A stretch of 31,436 nucleotides of DNA from positions 1 to 31,436 of IMG/VR virus record IMGVR_UViG_3300028840_001540; one strand, 5' to 3'. Below are positions 26,459 through 31,436 of the stretch, in pieces (the stretch's first letter is position 1; each line of letters opens with the position of its first letter). Below the pieces are notes generated by a model. That model saw only the letters and a list, made by a program, of their open reading frames with translations. It searched no databases and had not been told where the DNA came from. The position numbers and the translations under genes are program-made. The DNA comes from a virus. Lineage: Duplodnaviria; Caudoviricetes.

Positions 26459-27252
26459 CCGTGTACAAGCGAGGCCGCCAGCTCGGGCTGAAGGTGTCCG
26501 CACCGACCAGCAAGGTGGAAGATGCGGAACTGTGGAAAGCCTTCAAGGCTGGAGACCAGACGGCAGCGAACACGCTCGCCACCAAGTACGTGCCGCTGTG
26601 CAGGCACATCGTCGAGCGGATCCGCGGCGCATTGCCGCCAGGCGTGGACCATGACGACCTGTTCAGCGCCGCGTTGGATGGGCTCCTGCAGGCCATGCAG
26701 AAGTTCGATCCAGGGCAAGGGAACAAGTTCGTGACCTACGCCCCGTTCCGGATTCGCGGTGCTGTGCTGGACGAAATCCGGGCTCTGGACTTCGTGCCGA
26801 GACTGACGCGAGCCAAGCAGCGTGAGTTCGAGGCCGCGAAGGAGCATTGCGCGAACGAGTTCGGACGGGAGCCAACCGAAGAGGAGGTGCTCGAGGCGCT
26901 GGGCTGGGGGCCAGCGGACGCGAAACGGGCCGAGATCAGGAACGTTGGCTCCTTGGATGCCGTGCGGTACGAGACAGACAACGGGCGGCCAACAACCACT
27001 GTCGATCAGTACGTGGCGTCTCCCGAGCGAGATCATCGGGCAGCCACGGAGATCGAACACATGACACGCGGGATCGGTTTCGAGGCGAGAGTGGTCATGT
27101 GGTTCTATTTCGCTTTCGGCTACACGCTGAAGGAGATTGCCGCAATGGTGTTCCTGTCGGAGTCGCGAGTGAGCCAGATCATGAGCCAAGGGCTGTCGCA
27201 GCTACGAGAGAAGGGACGAGGACATTACCGAACCGAGGGAGCGACGAAATGA
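26413..27252 (+). CDS. FliA/WhiG-family sigma-70 factor with extra N-terminal HTH-like segment
   Basis: DDLFSA...GLL.A..KFDP.QG.KF.TYA..RIRGAVLDEIR.LD.VPR; GREPTEEE; TLKEIA....SESRVSQI. Confidence 0.9.
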   Translation: MPRKKFTDAMGCSPMTVYKRGRQLGLKVSAPTSKVEDAELWKAFKAGDQTAANTLATKYVPLCRHIVERIRGALPPGVDHDDLFSAALDGLLQAMQKFDPGQGNKFVTYAPFRIRGAVLDEIRALDFVPRLTRAKQREFEAAKEHCANEFGREPTEEEVLEALGWGPADAKRAEIRNVGSLDAVRYETDNGRPTTTVDQYVASPERDHRAATEIEHMTRGIGFEARVVMWFYFAFGYTLKEIAAMVFLSESRVSQIMSQGLSQLREKGRGHYRTEGATK

Positions 27253-27307
27253 CACGCATCATAAGAGATCGCACATATACAACTCGGCACCAGACTGGAG
27301 AGCAAAA

Positions 27308-27505
27308 ATGAGGTATTACCTTACCGCAGAAATCCGCGGCTACATCGATGCCCCCAATCGCGAGGCGGCTGAGGTGGCAGCACTACGAGTCGCCGCGTTC
27401 GATCGACCGCAAAGCACAGACGCGCCGCTCCCGTTTGAGTGGTCGGGCGGCGAGGTTGTCGCGCTGACCGCAGACGATGGCGTGGCAGGAGGCCGTAGAG
27501 TTTGA
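27308..27505 (+). CDS. Hypothetical protein
   Basis: GGAG RBS, 65 aa. Confidence 0.55.
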   Translation: MRYYLTAEIRGYIDAPNREAAEVAALRVAAFDRPQSTDAPLPFEWSGGEVVALTADDGVAGGRRV

Positions 27506-27682
27506 TCGAGCCATCCGACACTGCGGTGGAATGAGGGGCCAGGTGTTCCTTCACGCAGACCGGATACCGCTGGACGAGGTGGACTTATCCACGCCCGAGG
27601 ACTTTGGCCAGCTGTCGCTCTGGTCAGACGAGTGCCAAGGGATGTGTGGCATCTAACTACACCGTTTCCAAGGAACCATGCA

Positions 27683-27922
27683 GTGGGTTGGACGCACATA
27701 CGCGACGAGACGCGACGAGCGAGAAAGCCGCACTGGTGCTATTTGTGCGGGGGCGACATCAGCCCCGGCACAACGTACCTGTGCCGTACGGGTGTGTCTG
27801 ACGGTGAGATGGTCAGTACCGCCATGCACACCGGCTGCGAGGAAAAGACGCGAGATTGGGACGAGATGGATTGGGAGACGTTTTCGCCTGGTGAATTGGA
27901 AAACTGGCTAACGGAACCATGA
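27683..27922 (+). CDS. Small zinc-ribbon phage protein
   Basis: RRARKPHWCYLCG..I.PG..Y ... H..C; AAGGA upstream of GTG 27683; start uncertain. Confidence 0.6.
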   Translation: MGWTHIRDETRRARKPHWCYLCGGDISPGTTYLCRTGVSDGEMVSTAMHTGCEEKTRDWDEMDWETFSPGELENWLTEP

Positions 27923-28230
27923 AACGCACAGACCCTGACGGACGCGACGTGACCGATTCTCCTGGCCTCTGGTCGGTTGACGACACAATCACCATGAGTG
28001 GCTGGGAGTGGGAGGAGTGCCCGCTGCGAGTGTTTCCGGCCGAGATAACTGAGGACGGTGAATCAATCTGCCGGTGCCAGATGTGCGGAGGCGTGATTCC
28101 GCGTGAGGACTGGCCCGCTGATGAGTCAGCCTCCCTCCGTGACCTAGCCGAGAAGCACGGCATGGATTACGGCGATGCTCCTGAACAGTCGCTGGACCTG
28201 GAGACGGGCAAGCGGATCATAAACGAATAG
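27919..28230 (+). CDS. Hypothetical acidic protein with CxCxxC
   Basis: ATGA coupling; ICRCQMCGG. Confidence 0.55.
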   Translation: MKRTDPDGRDVTDSPGLWSVDDTITMSGWEWEECPLRVFPAEITEDGESICRCQMCGGVIPREDWPADESASLRDLAEKHGMDYGDAPEQSLDLETGKRIINE

Positions 28231-28259
28231 CGAGGTATTCGTGATAATCCAATACATAG

Positions 28260-28397
28260 CACTATCGACGCTGCCGCTGTTCCGCGTGCGATGGGAGCCT
28301 GCCGCGACGTGGCGATGGTCGCGGTTGGAATTCATTGACTGACTACACCGAGCAATCGCTCGACCTTGAGACTGGCAAGCGGATGACAAACGAATAG
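28260..28397 (+). pseudogene. Start-less partial paralog of 27919-28230
   Basis: RCRCSACDGSLPR...EQSLDLETGKRMTNE* vs ICRCQMCGGVIPR...EQSLDLETGKRIINE*; in-frame TAG at 28257. Confidence 0.6.
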
Positions 28398-28609
28398 TAT
28401 CCCAAGGACTCGGCAGCACTCAGAACCAAGGATAACCCAGGTGCCAAAGCAGACAATCAAATCACGGTTTGTCGATCGAATACTCTATGAGTGTGAGGCT
28501 GACTCACTGTTGCGTACATTGCAGCAGGCGGTAGCGAGTGCAGCCGATCTCCGTGAAGCCGATCTCCGTGGAGCCACTGTTGCGTACATTGCAGCAGGCG
28601 GTAGCGAGT

Positions 28610-28954
28610 GCAGCCGATCTCCGTGAAGCCGATCTCCGTGGAGCCTATCTCCGTGGAGCCAAAATCCGTGGAGCCAAAATCCGTGCAGCCAATCTCCGTG
28701 GAGCCAATCTCTGTGGAGCCGATCTCTGTGGAGCCGATCTCTGTGGAGCCAATCTCTGTGGAGCCGATCTCTGTGGAGCCGATCTCTGTGGAGCCAATCT
28801 CTGTGGAGCCTATCTCCGTGCAGCCAATCTCCGTGGAGCCAATCTCCGTGGAGCCGATCTCTGTGTAGCCGATCTCTGTGGAGCCGATCTCCGTGCAGCC
28901 AATCTCCGTGGAGCCGATCTCCGTGGAGCCAATCTCCGTGGAGCCAAAATCAAT
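28610..28954 (+). repeat. 15-bp coding tandem repeat x23 (pentapeptide)
   Basis: GGAGCC(G/A)ATCTC(C/T)GT units. Confidence 0.95.
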
Positions 28955-29140
28955 TGGCAATCGCACGAGATGATTGCGGAAATACTGCGGCGCGCAGCCG
29001 GCGACGACATCGAGAAACGAAAGATTGCTGGCATGATCCTTGTGAGCCACGACTGGTGTTGGCCGCAGTTCATCGAGATGGTGAATGGGCACGAGTGGGA
29101 CGCCGACGCGAAACAACTGTGCATTTCAAGGAGGACCGAA

Positions 29141-29296
29141 ATGTCAACACGAGCGATGCGAATAGGAGCGATCGTCTTTTTCGGCAGCTTCCTGGCCCTG
29201 GCAGTCTGGGGGCTGGGAACTGGTGTTGGGGATCGGGATCTCCACATCATCGCCATCATTATGAATTCGATGTTCCTTCTGCGGAGCTGGAGTTGA
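29141..29296 (+). CDS. Small membrane protein (51 aa), in frame with the pentapeptide ORF
   Basis: Own RBS AAGGAGG before ATG 29141; two hydrophobic segments. Confidence 0.55.
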   Translation: MSTRAMRIGAIVFFGSFLALAVWGLGTGVGDRDLHIIAIIMNSMFLLRSWS

Positions 29297-29596
29297 GCGA
29301 GATGTTCGCAAGGCCACTTTGACAGCATAGTCCTAAGACAACTTTCCTTGGCCTCGGCCGCCACAATACGGTGTACTGCCACGCACCAAACGGCGGTCGG
29401 GGTCATTTTTCCAAAAGGTTTTCTGAAGATTTTCGGCGGAGGTGTAGATACAGGTATTGGCAGTGCACCGGGGAGAAGACCATGGTCACCGCTGCGCAAA
29501 AGGATGAATTCCCGACGCCTCCGTGGGGGGGAAACGCGGGCATGGAGCCCAGGATCGCATCGCCTGGGCTCCCCTTTTGCGCTGACCTCCCCGATC

Positions 29597-29619
29597 CCAC
29601 TTCGGAAATTCCGAAGTCA
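29597..29619 (+). repeat. 23-bp near-palindrome copy 5
   Basis: CCACTTCGGAAATTCCGAAGTCA in the intergenic region before 29684. Confidence 0.9.
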
Positions 29620-29683
29620 GACCGGTATCCCAGGAGGGGGCTGAAGGGCACGGACGCCCGCCGGCCAATCTTTTAGGCGAGCA

Positions 29684-30319
29684 ATGGATTGCACACGCGT
29701 CACTGAATGGATCTATGTGATCACCGGGTTCACCCAGACTCGGGCGACCCGCTCGCGCATGGTGTCACTCTGGAAAGAGCTCTACGACGAGCACGCATCA
29801 CCCGAGACGCTCGTCGAGCTCCGGCAGTGGCGTTCGAACTGGAAGGCCGAGGCTGAGCACGTCTTCCGCCTGGCTCCGGACGATCAGGATCTGACAACGC
29901 CACGAATCAAGATCTTCGCCTACAGTTGGGGCGCCGGGTGGGGCTTCACGCGATTCGCTCGTGCTTTAGGGCGTCGCGGCTTGCGAGTCACCTCGACTGT
30001 GTTGTGCGATCCCGTCTACCGGCACCCGTACCGCCTCGGGCATTGGCGGACGTTGCTGCACAGACCGTCGTGGCCGTGCTGCCTGGACCGGTTTCCTATC
30101 GTCGTGCCGGAGAACGTCGACGAGGTCTACAGCTACTACCAGCGGAAGAACTGGCCGTGTGGGCACACGCTCAAAGCGGCCAGTCCCCAGACGACCATCC
30201 ATCATCCGATCAAGCTCCAGGCCGTGCACTCAGCGATGGACGACCAACCCCAATTCCTCGCTCGCTGTCGGCAAGTGGCCGCTCAGCGGCTGCGGATCCA
30301 CCCGGACACACGATTGTGA
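29684..30319 (+). CDS. Alpha/beta-hydrolase-like protein
   Basis: VITGF, AYSWG nucleophile elbow, LCDPV, C-terminal HSAMD. Confidence 0.65.
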   Translation: MDCTRVTEWIYVITGFTQTRATRSRMVSLWKELYDEHASPETLVELRQWRSNWKAEAEHVFRLAPDDQDLTTPRIKIFAYSWGAGWGFTRFARALGRRGLRVTSTVLCDPVYRHPYRLGHWRTLLHRPSWPCCLDRFPIVVPENVDEVYSYYQRKNWPCGHTLKAASPQTTIHHPIKLQAVHSAMDDQPQFLARCRQVAAQRLRIHPDTRL

Positions 30320-31436
30320 AGGCACTCACCCGCTCACTGCTGGCTCTCGTGTCGCTTCTGGCGGTCGCGGGCAATGTGCGCGCTGCCCGCGACCCGGAAA
30401 TCACGGTGATCGAATACACGGCGAGGTGGTGTGGACCGTGCCGACAGATGGCACCAATCGTTGATCGGTTGAAGCGTGATGGATACCCGATCTCCACGCT
30501 CGACTACGATCTCCGCCGCCAGGAAGCCAAATGGTGCGGAGTGACGCAGGTGCCGGCCTACGTCGTGTTTCGGTCCGGGCAAGCCGTAGAAGTGATTCAG
30601 GGCACTCCGTCAGAGCAGGAGCTCCGCGATCTGTTCGTTGGGCGTGCATGCGAACCAGCGAAGAAGACGACGCCGATCCTGCCAGAGCCTGGTGGCGATG
30701 ACGAATGGAGGCCGGCGCCAGACTTGCCTCCAGCTCCGAAGCCTGAACCACCGCCATCGGACCACGGACCATACGAGCGAGGTCGACGCACCACGCCTCA
30801 TTCGGATCCAACGCAGGACAAATCGGCGACTGGGACGTCGCCGGCCGGTCCGGCCGACATCGCGATTTACAGCTATGTTCCAAGCCAACAAGCTCATCCG
30901 GATCCAATGCCGGAGGAATCGGCGACGACGCCGGCCACCGCGAGCTCGCCCGCCGGCCAAACCGATCAACAGGTGACGGCCGCGGAGTTCGCGGCAGCAC
31001 TCGCCGAAGCGAGAGCTCGTATCCTGGGGGACGACACCAACGAGGCGTCACCTGGTGCGGCGAACAATCTGGCTGCCGGGTCCGCGACGCGGGATTCCGC
31101 GACTGGTGATGACGGCCAGGAGCACTCGATCGCGTCGAATGCTGACAGCTCCGAAGGTCGTGCTGTCGATTTGGCTACGGTGCTCGAATGGCTTGTCCCA
31201 ATTGTCGGGAAAGGGGTACTCATTGGGTTGGGTGTCACGCTCCCGCCGGCTGGCGGCCTGTGGGCTTATTTCAAGGCCGCGAAGGCGATCGCGGCCCTTA
31301 TGGAATGGCTGCGTCGTCGTGACGAGGGCTCTGTGGCGCAACGATCGCAGGAACCGCTGTCGGCAGCGAGCACCTGCGAATTGCCGCACGTGGAGCCGGA
31401 TTACGCCACGATCTGGGCAGATTGTTTCGAAGCCTC
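30316..31436 (+). CDS. Exported thioredoxin-domain protein with Pro-rich linker and hydrophobic segment; 3'-partial (not in ORF track)
   Basis: GTG 30316 overlapping the previous TGA; signal peptide MKALTRSLLALVSLLAVAG; YTARWCGPCRQM; QVPAYV; frame open to window end. Confidence 0.85.
   Translation, partial: MKALTRSLLALVSLLAVAGNVRAARDPEITVIEYTARWCGPCRQMAPIVDRLKRDGYPISTLDYDLRRQEAKWCGVTQVPAYVVFRSGQAVEVIQGTPSEQELRDLFVGRACEPAKKTTPILPEPGGDDEWRPAPDLPPAPKPEPPPSDHGPYERGRRTTPHSDPTQDKSATGTSPAGPADIAIYSYVPSQQAHPDPMPEESATTPATASSPAGQTDQQVTAAEFAAALAEARARILGDDTNEASPGAANNLAAGSATRDSATGDDGQEHSIASNADSSEGRAVDLATVLEWLVPIVGKGVLIGLGVTLPPAGGLWAYFKAAKAIAALMEWLRRRDEGSVAQRSQEPLSAASTCELPHVEPDYATIWADCFEA

Larger units (their letters stand above)
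28441..29296 (+). pseudogene. Pentapeptide-repeat protein frameshifted by a 70-bp tandem duplication
   Basis: 28505-28574 repeated at 28575-28644; 23 A(D/N)Lxx units at 28610-28954 in the shifted frame. Confidence 0.8.
1..31436 (+). mobile_element. Tailed phage/prophage (siphovirus-like, HK97-type head module), probably Planctomycetota host; ends not visible
   Basis: Canonical order terS-terL-portal-protease-capsid-connectors-tail-TMP, then replication/recombination genes; tightly coupled ORFs. Confidence 0.95.

Noticed and set aside
29319-29350. TTGACA as a sigma70 promoter
   Set aside because: No acceptable -10 at 16-18 nt
28538-29499. (EPISV)n, (STEIG)n and (APRRS)n ORFs
   Set aside because: Alternate-frame readings of the pentapeptide repeat
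13929-31436. Diversity-generating retroelement
   Set aside because: No reverse transcriptase and no repeat pair differing only at adenines seen

Overview
A GC-rich (~60%) HK97-fold siphovirus/prophage genome segment, probably from a Planctomycetota host (inferred from an SHD1 protein and a FliA/WhiG-type sigma). 45-16815 is a packaging, head and tail operon on +. It carries a CMP-sugar synthetase/sialyltransferase-like fusion gene, a -1 frameshifted tail chaperone and a relocated gp10-like gene. A minus-strand SHD1 moron follows, then a divergent promoter region. The + strand early region encodes a ParB/initiator fusion, DnaC-like loader, RecE-like nuclease, ERF, NinB-like protein, HNH, sigma factor, a frameshifted pentapeptide gene, an alpha/beta hydrolase and an exported thioredoxin running off the window. 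The standout is 18756-20680. A stand-alone Cas7/RAMP-like gene and a wHTH gene are interleaved with four arrays of 5-bp CGA-NN units (122 units, fixed triplet, variable dinucleotide, shared 3' end), a candidate RNA-guided system with a non-contiguous code. A 23-bp near-palindrome occurs five times, twice inside the ParB-like gene. I recognised no integrase, CI repressor, holin/endolysin, tRNA or canonical CRISPR array. All family assignments come from motifs read by eye, not database searches.
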